Of a DNA stretch of 64,000 nucleotides, positions 10,255 to 20,442 are shown one piece after another. The DNA lies in assembly GCA_043804925.1 (NCBI GenBank), contig JAZDIP010000022.1:148931-212930 (forward strand), written 5' to 3'. The translations under genes and the position numbers were made by a program. Source of the stretch: a bacterium. GTDB lineage: Bacteria > Bacteroidota > Ignavibacteria > Kapaibacteriales > UBA2268. The notes below the pieces were generated by a model that did no database searches, had not been told where the DNA came from, and saw only the letters and a list, made by a program, of their open reading frames with translations. Position 1 is the first letter of the stretch; every line of letters begins with the position of its first letter.

Positions 10255-10908
10255 TTAATAGAAAGAATAATTGGAACTATCATTAATAAAAGGATTATTT
10301 AACCTTTCAAATCCAACAGTCGTCAAAGGTCCGTGACCGCAATACAAAGTATAATCATCATCTAAAGTCATTATTTTCTCCATTATTGATTTTAGTAACA
10401 ACTCAGTTGAACCACCCGGAAGGTCTGTCCTGCCTATACTTTGATTGAAAATAGTATCTCCTGCAAAAACAACTTTATCTCGATGATTGACAAGACAAAT
10501 ACCTCCTTCAGTATGCCCCGGGGTATGACGAACTTCAAATTCGATTTCATTTAGCTTTATTATGTCTCCATCGTTCAAATACCTGTCCGGTTGACATACA
10601 TCAATTTCTGATGGAAGCAACATTATAGTATTTTCATTTGGTCTAAGAAGCCGATACTCATCGTCTTTATGAACCATAACAGAAGCTCCTGTCAGCTTAC
10701 GAAGCTCATTGGCATCACCGGAATGGTCCCAATGAGAATGAGTTAAAATAATACCTTCTATCCTGATATTCCGTTTATTTATTATTTCAAACAACAAATC
10801 TGCACTATCCAGAGCGGTATCGACGACATATGCATTGTTTTTATTGTTATCAATTATTATGTAACAATTTGTTAGTATCTGTCCCGCTTCAACACAAATT
10901 ATTTCCAT
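10255..10908 (-). CDS. MBL-fold metallo-hydrolase (glyoxalase II-like)
   Basis: THSHWDH, HTPGHT, GDTIF and GHG motifs. Confidence 0.93.
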   Translation of the reverse strand: MEIICVEAGQILTNCYIIIDNNKNNAYVVDTALDSADLLFEIINKRNIRIEGIILTHSHWDHSGDANELRKLTGASVMVHKDDEYRLLRPNENTIMLLPSEIDVCQPDRYLNDGDIIKLNEIEFEVRHTPGHTEGGICLVNHRDKVVFAGDTIFNQSIGRTDLPGGSTELLLKSIMEKIMTLDDDYTLYCGHGPLTTVGFERLNNPFINDSSNYSFY

Positions 10909-11137
10909 GTATCTTGTACTTTCCCAATTATATCAAGAACTAATATCAAATCCCAATTAGTACAACTTCAAATTTAATAAAAATAAGTATGCAAAAAAAA
11001 AATTTAAATAGAAATTGGAATTTGAGCTAAATATATTTTTTTGTATATTATAAGATTGAATTTCTTTGAATTTAATATTTGTAATTAATATTGCCAATAG
11101 GATTTTAAAATTTATAAATTATTAAGAGAGGATTATT

Positions 11138-12310
11138 ATGAGTTCAGTAATTATTTCAGCAGTTCGTACACCGATAGGAGCATTTATGGGCTCTCTGTCA
11201 TCACTGTCCGCTCCAAAACTGGGTGCGGTTGTCATAGCAGAAGCTATTAAAAGAGCAGGAATTAAAAATGAAGATGTTGATGAAGTTATTATGGGTAATG
11301 TTTTACAGGCGGGTATAGGTCAGGCACCTGCCAGACAAGCCGCGATTTATGCAGGTCTTCCTAATTCCGTACCATGTATGACTATAAATAAAGTCTGTGG
11401 GAGCGGACTGAAGTCGGTAATGCTTGCAGACCAGTCAATTAAACTTGGCGATTCGAATGTTGTAGTTGCCGGTGGTTTGGAGTCAATGTCTAATGCTCCA
11501 TATTATCTTTTCAAAGCGAGAACCGGTTATCGCATGGGAAATGGAGAAATAGTTGACGGAATGATTTTCGACGGCTTGTGGGACCCCTACAACAATTTCC
11601 ACATGGGAAATGCCGGAGAACTTTGTGCAACAGAGTGTAATATCACTCGTGCCGACCAGGATGAATTTGCAGTTTTGAGTTACCAAAGAGCTTTGGATGC
11701 TCAAAAGAACGGTTGGTTTGACAATGAAATAGTGCCGGTAAAAATTCAGGACAGAAAAGGTGAAATCATTGTTGACAAAGACGAAGAACCGCCAAAAATT
11801 AATTTTGACAAAGTAACTTCACTTAGAGCAGTTTTTAAAAAAGACGGGACAGTTACCGCAGCGAATGCTTCTTCCATCGATGACGGTGCATCTTGCGTTA
11901 TTGTCACCTCCGAAGAAAAAGCAAAAGAACTTGGTGCAAAGCCCTTGGCTAAGATTATAGCATATGCTACACATGCCCAACAACCCGAATGGTTTACAAC
12001 TGCTCCTGCTGAAGCAATGAAAAAATGTGCCAAAAAAGCAAATATGAAACTGGATGATATTGATTTATTTGAAATAAACGAAGCTTTTGCTTCTGTCCCG
12101 ATTGTTTCAAGCAGAACACTGAACATTCCTTATGAGAAAATAAATATTCACGGTGGTGCTATTTCGATGGGACATCCGATTGGACAATCCGGTTCGAGAA
12201 TTTTAACAACTTTAATTTTTGCATTGAAAAAAACGGATAAAAAATATGGTATGGCTTCTCTTTGTATTGGTGGAGGTGAAGCTGTCGCTATGATTATTGA
12301 AAATGTTTAA
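11138..12310 (+). CDS. atoB: Acetyl-CoA C-acetyltransferase (thiolase)
   Basis: NKVCGSG catalytic Cys, NEAF, GHPIG and SLCIGGG motifs. Confidence 0.93.
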   Translation: MSSVIISAVRTPIGAFMGSLSSLSAPKLGAVVIAEAIKRAGIKNEDVDEVIMGNVLQAGIGQAPARQAAIYAGLPNSVPCMTINKVCGSGLKSVMLADQSIKLGDSNVVVAGGLESMSNAPYYLFKARTGYRMGNGEIVDGMIFDGLWDPYNNFHMGNAGELCATECNITRADQDEFAVLSYQRALDAQKNGWFDNEIVPVKIQDRKGEIIVDKDEEPPKINFDKVTSLRAVFKKDGTVTAANASSIDDGASCVIVTSEEKAKELGAKPLAKIIAYATHAQQPEWFTTAPAEAMKKCAKKANMKLDDIDLFEINEAFASVPIVSSRTLNIPYEKINIHGGAISMGHPIGQSGSRILTTLIFALKKTDKKYGMASLCIGGGEAVAMIIENV

Positions 12311-12322
12311 TTTGTTTATATC

Positions 12323-12351
12323 TTAGGGGGTACATTAATATGTACCCCTAC
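12323..12351. repeat. REP-like palindrome (GTAG/CTAC type)
   Basis: GGGGTACAT-TAAT-ATGTACCCC followed by TAC. Related hairpins occur at 36456-36476 and 38062-38087. Confidence 0.55.
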
Positions 12352-12380
12352 AAATGACAAATAATTGGCAAGGATAAAAC

Positions 12381-12968
12381 ATGAACCAAATAAAATTATT
12401 ATTATTTTTGTTGATTTTAATTTTTCTGATTTCTTGCTCAGACGAAATTGAGCTGACTGAAGAAGAACGCGAAATATATACTCAAGAAGGAGTTGAAATT
12501 GTCCAAACAAGTTTCAATACATTGAAAGCTCATCTTGTTAAGACTATAGAAAGAGATGGAATTGGAGTAGCTATAAGGTATTGCAACTTAAGTGCTTATC
12601 CACTCATGGATTCATTGTCGGAGGTTTATGGTGCAGAAATAAGGAGGACATCTTTGAAAGTTCGTAATCCTAAAAATAAACCCCTGGATTACGAAGAAGA
12701 TGTTCTTTTTGAATTTCTGGAAAAATATAAAAAAGGTGAATCGTTGGGGATAGTTCTAAAAAAATTCAAGGATAAATCAATAGTATTTTATATACCAATC
12801 TTGCTTGAAGACCCTATATGCCTTAACTGTCACGGTCCAAGAAAATTAATGGTTACCGAACCAAATGAGAGAATAATAAAATCGCTATATCCCACTGATG
12901 AAGCTATTGGATTCAACATAGGGGATTTCCGTGGTATGTGGAGCGTAAGATTTAAATTGAAAAAATAA
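12381..12968 (+). CDS. DUF3365/Tll0287-like monoheme c-type cytochrome lipoprotein
   Basis: Lipobox LISC, RRTSLKVRNPKN, a single CLNCH heme motif and GDFRGMWSV. Confidence 0.85.
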   Translation: MNQIKLLLFLLILIFLISCSDEIELTEEEREIYTQEGVEIVQTSFNTLKAHLVKTIERDGIGVAIRYCNLSAYPLMDSLSEVYGAEIRRTSLKVRNPKNKPLDYEEDVLFEFLEKYKKGESLGIVLKKFKDKSIVFYIPILLEDPICLNCHGPRKLMVTEPNERIIKSLYPTDEAIGFNIGDFRGMWSVRFKLKK

Positions 12969-13067
12969 TAAACAAAACTAATTATCATTCTTCACTCTAT
13001 TCAGAACGACAATATCTTTCTCTATTTTTTAAGAAATCAATAATTTGTAGGAATAATTATTAACTGC

Positions 13068-13172
13068 TTATTTTTTGTTTTTCTTTTTTTCCTGTTTTTC
13101 TTTTCTTTTCTCAATTAATGTTTTACCGGCTTTCTTTTTTGCTTCTTTTTTAATATTCTTATCTTTTGCCAT
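13068..13172 (-). CDS. Small lysine-rich protein, 34 aa (MAKDKNIKKEAKKKAGKTLIEKRKEKQEKKKNKK), absent from the ORF track
   Basis: Read by hand: AAAGGA RBS, ATG at 13172, TAA at 13068-13070. Confidence 0.7.
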   Translation of the reverse strand: MAKDKNIKKEAKKKAGKTLIEKRKEKQEKKKNKK

Positions 13173-13535
13173 AATATAATCCTTTCTAAAAAATTGTCAA
13201 TAAAATTCTAATACAAAAATAATTAACATTTTACAAAATTCTTAATATTAATTTATCTAAAAAAGAAAATTTTCAAAAAGCTCACTAAAGTGGTTCTGAT
13301 TTTTTCACTTCTGGATGGGGGAAGAACTTGAAATTGAGGAAGGTAAACATCGATGTTCACCTAATGATATTTTGATAATAAAAAACAATGAAAAATATTG
13401 ACTTAAACTAAAAGAAAAAGTTAATTTAAGAAATTGTTAATAATTTGGGGATTCTTAAAAATTAATAATCACTAAGTTGAAAATGGAAAAAGGGGAAATT
13501 TTAATAATTAATTATTTTGAACAGGACGGGGAATT

Positions 13536-16500
13536 ATGCCTGAATATGTACATTTACATAATCATACTCACTACTCTTTGCTTGATGCTTTGTGTACAAC
13601 AAAGGATTTGATTGTTGCCGCCAAGGAAGATGGGCAAAAGGCAATTGCAATTACTGACCATGGAGTTATGTTTGGCTGTTTTGAGTTCTATCAGGAAGCA
13701 AAAAAGCATGACATCAAACCTATCATCGGCTTTGAAGCTTATGTTGCCAACGGAAGCAGATTTGACAAGATTTCAGGGAAATCGGCTACAAAAAAAAGAA
13801 ATTACTTTCACCTTGTCTTGCTTGCAAAAAATGAAATAGGTTATAAAAATCTAATGAAACTAACTTCCCTTGCCCACACCGAAGGTTTTTACTACAAACC
13901 GAGAATTGACAGGGAGCTTTTAGAAAAGTACAGGGAAGGAATTATTGCTACATCGGCTTGTATTGCAGGTGTTGTCAATGCACATTTGATTGCCGGTGAT
14001 TACAATGAAGCATATAATTCGGCAAAGTATTATAAGGATGTTTTTGGTGAAGACTTCTACATCGAACTTCAAAACCATAAACTTCCCGATGATAAAATTA
14101 TTTTGCTTGATGCTCCTAAAATTGCCGGACAACTTGGTATTAAAACGATTGCAACTAATGACATTCATTATTTGAAATCAGACCATGCAGTTGCACACAA
14201 TGTTCATCTGTTTATTAGGGATATTGGTCAAAGCAATGCAAATAGCATAGATATCTATAAGTTGAGGTACAGAACTCCTGAAATGTACTTTAAAACGCAG
14301 GAGCAAATGAACAATTTGTTTGCCGATATGCCTGAGGCAATAGCAAACACTATTGAAATTGCCGATAAATGCAACCTTACTATTGATACAACAAGGCACA
14401 TGCCAAAGTATGAAATTCCGAAAGATTCGAAATCGGAAACATTGGAAGAATATTTACGTGAGCTGACATACATTGGTTTAGGTGAAAAATTTGATAACAT
14501 TACTTCCGGCTTAAAAGATAGAATTGATTTCGAGTTAAACGTTATGAACGAAATGGGCTTTCCGGGATATTTCCTTATCGTGCAAGACTTCATTAAGGAA
14601 GCAAAAAAGCAAGGAATTCGGGTGGGACCGGGTAGAGGTTCTGCAGCAGGAAGCTTAGTTGCTTTTGTTCTTGGAATTACAAACGTGAATCCACTACCTT
14701 ACGATTTACTTTTTGAAAGATTTTTAAATCCCGAAAGAAAGTCAATGCCTGATATTGATATTGATTTTGCCGATGACAAAAGAGATAAAATTATTGATTA
14801 TGTTAAAAGAAAATACGGAGAGGACTCGGTAGCTCAGATCATTACTTTCGGAAAACTCTCGACAAGAGCCGTACTGAAAGATGTTGGCAGGGTTTTGGGA
14901 ATAGACCATAACGATATTAATGATATAAATAAAAAAATACCGGTCGTTCAAGGCAAAGTTACCGAACTGGAAAAAGCATTAAAACTTCCGGAATTGAGGT
15001 ATTTGTCTGAACGGGGAGACTCCAAAACACAGGAATTAATCAAATTTGCCCAATTATTGGAAGGAAAGCTACGCAACACATCGGTTCATGCTGCCGGTGT
15101 GGTTATTGCTCCCGGAGACGTTAGCGATTATGTGCCTTTATACAAGACATCAAAATCAAAGGACATGAGCGTTGAAGTTGTTTCGCAATACAGCATGGCA
15201 GATTTGGAAAGCGCCGGCCTTCTGAAAATGGACTTTCTCGGCTTGAAAACATTGTCCATTATTGACAATACATTGGATATGATTGAAAAAAATCATGGTA
15301 TCAAAATTGATATTGATGCCATTGATTTTAATGATACAAAAGTTTATGACATGATAGGCAAAGGATTAACTCTTGCAGTTTTTCAGTTTGAATCTTCCGG
15401 AATGCAGGATTACCTTACTCAGCTAAAACCACGTAGTCTTGAAGAATTAACGGCTATGAATGCTCTTTACAGACCGGGTCCGATGAATCATATTCCTGAA
15501 TTTATTGACAGGAAAAATGGAAATAAGCCCATCGAATATTTACATCCAATAATGGAAAAATCTTTGAAAAACACTTACGGTGTAATTGTATATCAGGAAC
15601 AAGTTATGCAACTTGCAAGGGATGTGGCTGGATTTTCCTTGGGTGGTGCTGACATTTTACGTAAAGCAATGGGGAAAAAGCAGACAAGAATAATGGACGA
15701 ACAAAAACCGCTGTTCCTCAAAGGTGCCGAAAAACACAACATTGATGAAAAACTCGCCAGCGAAATTTGGGAATTGATTCACAAATTTGCAGAATACGGT
15801 TTCAATAAGTCCCACTCTTTGGCATATTCCTATCTTGCTTTCCAGACTGCCTGGTTAAAAGCTTATTATCCTGCTGAATTTTTGGCAGCAAATATGTCTT
15901 CCGATATTGATGACCAGGACAAAATTGTTGCATTGATTGATGAGGCAAAGAAATTTCATATTGAAGTCCTTGCACCCGACATTAACCAATCAATTGCATC
16001 ATTCATGGCAGTTAACAATAAGATATTTTTTGGATTAGCTGCAATAAAAAACGTAGGGACAGGTGCTGTTGATATAATTGTCAAAGCACGCCAAAACAAA
16101 CCATTTGTATCCTTATTTGATTTCGCATCGAGAGTTGACACCAGATTGGCAAATAAAAAAGCTTTCGAAGCATTGATTTGTGCCGGGGCATTCGATTCCC
16201 TAAAAGCAGGTACCAGAGCCGAGATGTTTGCTTCAATTGAAATTTCCCTCGAGTATGCCCGCTCTTTCGGTGAATCTAAGAGTATGAGTATGGACAGCTT
16301 ATTCGGAACAGATGTTAAACATTCGATTAGCGAACCAAAATTAGTTGATGCAAGGTATTGGACTGATAAGGAAACACTCGAAAAAGAAAAGGAGTTTTTA
16401 GGATTTTACGTTAGCGGACATCCGTTAAACCGCTATAAACCTTATATTGATTCTTTGTCAGCATTCAAATTAGGTACAAAGTCCGATGAACTCGGTGGAG

Positions 16501-17006
16501 TTATAATTGTTAAAACCTGTGGTATTATTACCGATATGAAAATTAAGTATGACAGAAGAGAACAACAATATGCCATTGTAACGATAGAAGATTTTACGGG
16601 AAAAGCCGATTGCATTCTTTGGAGTAAAACTTATAACAGTTATGGAATGTATCTTCAAAAAGATTCTGTTGTAATGGTGTTGGGAAAAGCCGAATTCAGA
16701 GGAGACCGCCTGAACATCATCGTTGATGAGCTTTACTCAATCGAAAAAGCAGCAGAAATTTTCGGCAAAGGGTATAACATCTGGCTGGATTTGGAGGATA
16801 CATATTTGAATCAAGTAACGGAATTGTACAAACTTTGTAATTCTCCCGAATTAAAAAAATCCTTGTGTTTTCACATTAATGACAACAAGAACTCTTTAAA
16901 AAAATATTATGTTGCAGATGATGTGAATATATCTTTAAATGCTAATGTTGTTAATTCTCTGATTGATATTTTCGGTATGGACAGAATCAGGATTTTGATT
17001 AATTAA
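13536..17006 (+). CDS. dnaE: DNA polymerase III alpha subunit
   Basis: PHP domain HLHNHTHYSLLD, GRGSAAGS, catalytic PDIDIDF, GFNKSH and a C-terminal OB fold. Confidence 0.98.
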   Translation: MPEYVHLHNHTHYSLLDALCTTKDLIVAAKEDGQKAIAITDHGVMFGCFEFYQEAKKHDIKPIIGFEAYVANGSRFDKISGKSATKKRNYFHLVLLAKNEIGYKNLMKLTSLAHTEGFYYKPRIDRELLEKYREGIIATSACIAGVVNAHLIAGDYNEAYNSAKYYKDVFGEDFYIELQNHKLPDDKIILLDAPKIAGQLGIKTIATNDIHYLKSDHAVAHNVHLFIRDIGQSNANSIDIYKLRYRTPEMYFKTQEQMNNLFADMPEAIANTIEIADKCNLTIDTTRHMPKYEIPKDSKSETLEEYLRELTYIGLGEKFDNITSGLKDRIDFELNVMNEMGFPGYFLIVQDFIKEAKKQGIRVGPGRGSAAGSLVAFVLGITNVNPLPYDLLFERFLNPERKSMPDIDIDFADDKRDKIIDYVKRKYGEDSVAQIITFGKLSTRAVLKDVGRVLGIDHNDINDINKKIPVVQGKVTELEKALKLPELRYLSERGDSKTQELIKFAQLLEGKLRNTSVHAAGVVIAPGDVSDYVPLYKTSKSKDMSVEVVSQYSMADLESAGLLKMDFLGLKTLSIIDNTLDMIEKNHGIKIDIDAIDFNDTKVYDMIGKGLTLAVFQFESSGMQDYLTQLKPRSLEELTAMNALYRPGPMNHIPEFIDRKNGNKPIEYLHPIMEKSLKNTYGVIVYQEQVMQLARDVAGFSLGGADILRKAMGKKQTRIMDEQKPLFLKGAEKHNIDEKLASEIWELIHKFAEYGFNKSHSLAYSYLAFQTAWLKAYYPAEFLAANMSSDIDDQDKIVALIDEAKKFHIEVLAPDINQSIASFMAVNNKIFFGLAAIKNVGTGAVDIIVKARQNKPFVSLFDFASRVDTRLANKKAFEALICAGAFDSLKAGTRAEMFASIEISLEYARSFGESKSMSMDSLFGTDVKHSISEPKLVDARYWTDKETLEKEKEFLGFYVSGHPLNRYKPYIDSLSAFKLGTKSDELGGVIIVKTCGIITDMKIKYDRREQQYAIVTIEDFTGKADCILWSKTYNSYGMYLQKDSVVMVLGKAEFRGDRLNIIVDELYSIEKAAEIFGKGYNIWLDLEDTYLNQVTELYKLCNSPELKKSLCFHINDNKNSLKKYYVADDVNISLNANVVNSLIDIFGMDRIRILIN

Positions 17007-17075
17007 AATTTCTAAAAAAAACACTGAATATTGCGTATTTTCGTATTTTAATATATAATTAAATAAGAGTTTTAT

Positions 17076-17282
17076 ATGGTAAAAAGTATTATTACATGGA
17101 TTATCGCTTTATTCATATCTATGCTTGTGGTATGGATGTTTTGGTCATTGATAGTACCCGGTGAGGAGCCTTTTTTTAATGCATTATTTAGAGATTCAAC
17201 AGTTCTTATTATGTTTTCTTTTATAATATTTGTTGTAGCGATACCGGTTTATATGATTGTCAGAAAGAAATTAATTAAGTAA
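17076..17282 (+). CDS. Small two-TM hypothetical membrane protein
   Basis: Two hydrophobic segments. Lies co-directionally between dnaE and the next gene, with a GAG-like RBS. Confidence 0.6.
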   Translation: MVKSIITWIIALFISMLVVWMFWSLIVPGEEPFFNALFRDSTVLIMFSFIIFVVAIPVYMIVRKKLIK

Positions 17283-17297
17283 TTTTTAGGAGTTAAT

Positions 17298-18653
17298 ATG
17301 AAAAAAATTTTCAATTTAATAATAACAGCTTTTCTGATAATAATACAAATAGCAAATTCACAGGAAAGAACATTACCTGAAATTAATCCAAATCCAACGA
17401 CAATTGATATGGCTCGAATGTTGGGAAAAGATGTATTTAAACTCAACGGCGTCCCTTATTTACAACCGACGGTTGAAGTAGTAAACGCAACCTCTAACTC
17501 GAGATTTTATAATAAGGCATTTGTCCCATCAAAAGTTAATAAACCTTACTTTAAAGTTGGTATTCATGGCATGTATGGAGTAGTTCCCGATAGTAAAAAA
17601 ACCTATTCGCCACAATTGCCAAATGACAGTTTAACTTATGAAGAATTATTAAAATATGGAAATGTAAACTTGACAGATTTGACATATAACATTAATGATA
17701 CTGCCGGATTAATATATACTGCTCTTAAAGGGATTTTATTTGATGGTTTAAAAAATGGGAGTATTGATGTTCCAAAATCTGCTCCTACTTCTTTAGGTAG
17801 TGGAAAAGTTTCCTTTGTGTTACCTTATGATACTTTAAAGCAATTATTAAAAAATATGGAAGTGTATTTGCCCATAATAGGCAAAGTTAAAATCTATGAT
17901 TATTTACCTCCTGATGTTCAGGATTCGGTAGATAAGGTGCTTAAGGCATTTCCTGGTTTCTTCAATCTGCCGGAAGGAGGAAATTTGAATTATATTTTCG
18001 CCGCTGTTCCTCAAATTGAAATAGGTGCATTATTTGGTACTGAATTATTATTGAGATTCATCCCACCGGTCGATATGGGTAAAACTATCGGTAAATTTGC
18101 ATTTTGGGGTGTTGGTTTAAAGCACAGTATATCACAATATTTCAACGATGGCGATGAACCCGGACAAAGATATTTTGACATGGCTGTGCAAGTTGTTTAT
18201 CAGGGAACTTCTCTCGAAAATAAAATCGGAGTAACAAACACAAATCTGAAAGCCAATGCAACAATGTGGGATTTTAATGTTCATGCCAGTAAATATTTTG
18301 AAGATATTTGTGATGTTTATACCGGTTTTTCTTATTCCCTTATAGATATCACTTCAGAATATGTATATTATTTGCCGATTGAAATGCAATGGGAACTTGG
18401 ACTTATTGATAAATTTACAAATTTTCCCGATGCTCCTCCTCATTTTAATCCAAGCAAACCCGGTGATTACGGAGACACCCAATACGAACATCCGGGTGAC
18501 CAAAACCCACAAACAGCTATTACAAAGTTAAGCGATAAAGCTATTAAATGGAACATAGGTATTTCAAGAGACATTGGTCCCTTAACGGTTTTTGTTGATT
18601 ACAGTATCAGCAAGATAAATATGTTTACCGGCGGCTTAGTCTATAATTTTTAA
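17298..18653 (+). CDS. Exported outer-membrane protein, DUF6588-like
   Basis: Signal peptide, AAVPQIEIG...LLRFIPP...WGVGLKHSISQYF pattern and a C-terminal Phe (YNF). Confidence 0.65.
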   Translation: MKKIFNLIITAFLIIIQIANSQERTLPEINPNPTTIDMARMLGKDVFKLNGVPYLQPTVEVVNATSNSRFYNKAFVPSKVNKPYFKVGIHGMYGVVPDSKKTYSPQLPNDSLTYEELLKYGNVNLTDLTYNINDTAGLIYTALKGILFDGLKNGSIDVPKSAPTSLGSGKVSFVLPYDTLKQLLKNMEVYLPIIGKVKIYDYLPPDVQDSVDKVLKAFPGFFNLPEGGNLNYIFAAVPQIEIGALFGTELLLRFIPPVDMGKTIGKFAFWGVGLKHSISQYFNDGDEPGQRYFDMAVQVVYQGTSLENKIGVTNTNLKANATMWDFNVHASKYFEDICDVYTGFSYSLIDITSEYVYYLPIEMQWELGLIDKFTNFPDAPPHFNPSKPGDYGDTQYEHPGDQNPQTAITKLSDKAIKWNIGISRDIGPLTVFVDYSISKINMFTGGLVYNF

Positions 18654-18681
18654 ATTATATATTTTGAATTAAGGAATTATT

Positions 18682-19566
18682 ATGGCGTTTATTATTGATG
18701 GAAAAATTATTTCCGCTGAAATAAAAGAAGAATTAAAAGTTAAAACACAAAAACTGATTGAAGAAAAAGGTATTCATCCCGGCTTGGCAGTACTTCTTGT
18801 CGGTGAAGACCCTGCCTCGCAATCTTATGTGAATTCAAAGGAAAAATCATGTCAGGAGCTTGGCTTTAAATCCGTTGTTCTTAGAAAAAGTGCTGATATA
18901 TCTGAAGAAGAAGTTTTAAAAGTTGTGAATGAATGGAACAACGATATAACAATTCACGGTATTCTTGTTCAGCTTCCATTACCAAAACATATAAACGAGA
19001 GCAAAGTGATAATGACAATTTCACCGATGAAAGACGTTGACGGTTTCCATCCTGAAAGTTTCGGACGGCTTGTAATCGGGCTTCCGGGATTTGTACCCTG
19101 CACTCCTGCCGGAATTATGGAAATGCTTAAAAGGAGTAATATTAAAGTCAAAGGGAAACATGTTGTTGTCGTCGGCAGAAGCAATATCGTAGGTAAACCG
19201 ATTGCAAATCTGCTTTATCAAAAAAATCCCGATGCAAATGCCGTTGTTACTATCTGCCACACAGGTGCTGATGATATAATGAAATACGTAAGACAAGCTG
19301 ATGTTTTAGTCGCCGCAGTAGGTGTACCGGAATTAATTAAAGCAGAAGATGTGAAAGAAGGAGTTGTAGTAATCGATGTCGGAATCAACCGTGTTGAAGA
19401 TGCGAGTAAGCCAAAGGGATACCGGTTAACAGGTGACGTTGATTTCAATAGTGTCAAGGAAAAAGCTTCCGCCATAACACCCGTTCCCGGAGGTGTAGGG
19501 TTAATGACAGTTGCAATGCTTATGAAGAATACTTATTTATCGGCTTCCGGCGAGCTTTTCGGATGA
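18682..19566 (+). CDS. folD: Methylenetetrahydrofolate dehydrogenase/cyclohydrolase
   Basis: IIDGK, VQLPLP, KDVDGFH, PCTP, GRSNIVGKP and TPVPGGVG motifs. Confidence 0.98.
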   Translation: MAFIIDGKIISAEIKEELKVKTQKLIEEKGIHPGLAVLLVGEDPASQSYVNSKEKSCQELGFKSVVLRKSADISEEEVLKVVNEWNNDITIHGILVQLPLPKHINESKVIMTISPMKDVDGFHPESFGRLVIGLPGFVPCTPAGIMEMLKRSNIKVKGKHVVVVGRSNIVGKPIANLLYQKNPDANAVVTICHTGADDIMKYVRQADVLVAAVGVPELIKAEDVKEGVVVIDVGINRVEDASKPKGYRLTGDVDFNSVKEKASAITPVPGGVGLMTVAMLMKNTYLSASGELFG

Positions 19567-20327
19567 AAAAAAAAGATTCAAGGGTTCAAGTCTTGTTTGA
19601 AGATAATGATATTGTCATTGTCTCCAAACCTGTTGGCGTTTACTCCATCCCTGACAGGTATGACAAAACTGCATTCAATTTATCAGGTTATTTACAAAAA
19701 AAGTACAATAAAATATTTGTCGTACACCGGCTTGACAAAGATACAAGCGGTGTTATGTGTTTCGCAAAAAATGCCGGAGCTCACAGAGAATTAAACCAAC
19801 AATTTTTGGAGCAAAAAGTTAATAAAATATACCACATCGTAGTTGCAGGTGTGCTTAGGGAAGATGAACTTGACATTGATATTCCAATAAGTGATAATCC
19901 TGCTAAAAAAGGTTTAGCCATACCTTCTGCGAGAGGTAAATCTTCTCTGACAAAGCTCAAGGTTATCGAAAGATTCAGAATGGCTACTTTTTGTGAATGC
20001 GATCTCGTTTCCGGCAGACATCATCAAATACGTGTTCATTGTTCTGCAATTGGCTTTCCGTTGCTTGTTGACGAACATTACGGAAACAATACGGAATTCT
20101 TTTTATCTTCAATAAAAAGAAGATACAAGCTAAAGAAAAAAACCGAAGAAAAACCTATTATTGATAGAATCACAATGCATGCATACGAACTTGGTTTTAC
20201 TCATCCTTCTACAAAAGAATATATTAGTTTTAAATGCGATTACCCTCGTGATTTTACCGCACTACTGCAGGTCTTAAGAAAATATTCCGCTTTACCTGAT
20301 TATTCGGTATATAAAGTAACAGAGTAA
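19563..20327 (+). CDS. RluA-family RNA pseudouridine synthase
   Basis: VHRLDKDTSG catalytic motif and GRHHQIRVH. Confidence 0.93.
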   Translation: MKKKDSRVQVLFEDNDIVIVSKPVGVYSIPDRYDKTAFNLSGYLQKKYNKIFVVHRLDKDTSGVMCFAKNAGAHRELNQQFLEQKVNKIYHIVVAGVLREDELDIDIPISDNPAKKGLAIPSARGKSSLTKLKVIERFRMATFCECDLVSGRHHQIRVHCSAIGFPLLVDEHYGNNTEFFLSSIKRRYKLKKKTEEKPIIDRITMHAYELGFTHPSTKEYISFKCDYPRDFTALLQVLRKYSALPDYSVYKVTE

Positions 20328-20377
20328 TTTCTTTTTTTCCATACAGTCAAATTAATAATAAAAACTTTATATGAAAA

Positions 20378-20417
20378 GAAAAACCCGCTGCCCAAGAAGG
20401 ACAGCGGGTTCTTTATT
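20378..20417. terminator. Bidirectional intrinsic terminator
   Basis: AACCCGCTG...CAGCGGGTT stem between convergent genes, with A/T-rich flanks. Confidence 0.8.
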
Positions 20418-20442
20418 ACCGAATATTATCTTGTGAATAATA

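Noticed and set aside
13536-17006. Intein in dnaE
   Set aside because: The length (1156 aa) and motif order fit an uninterrupted DnaE, with no C...HN splicing motifs.
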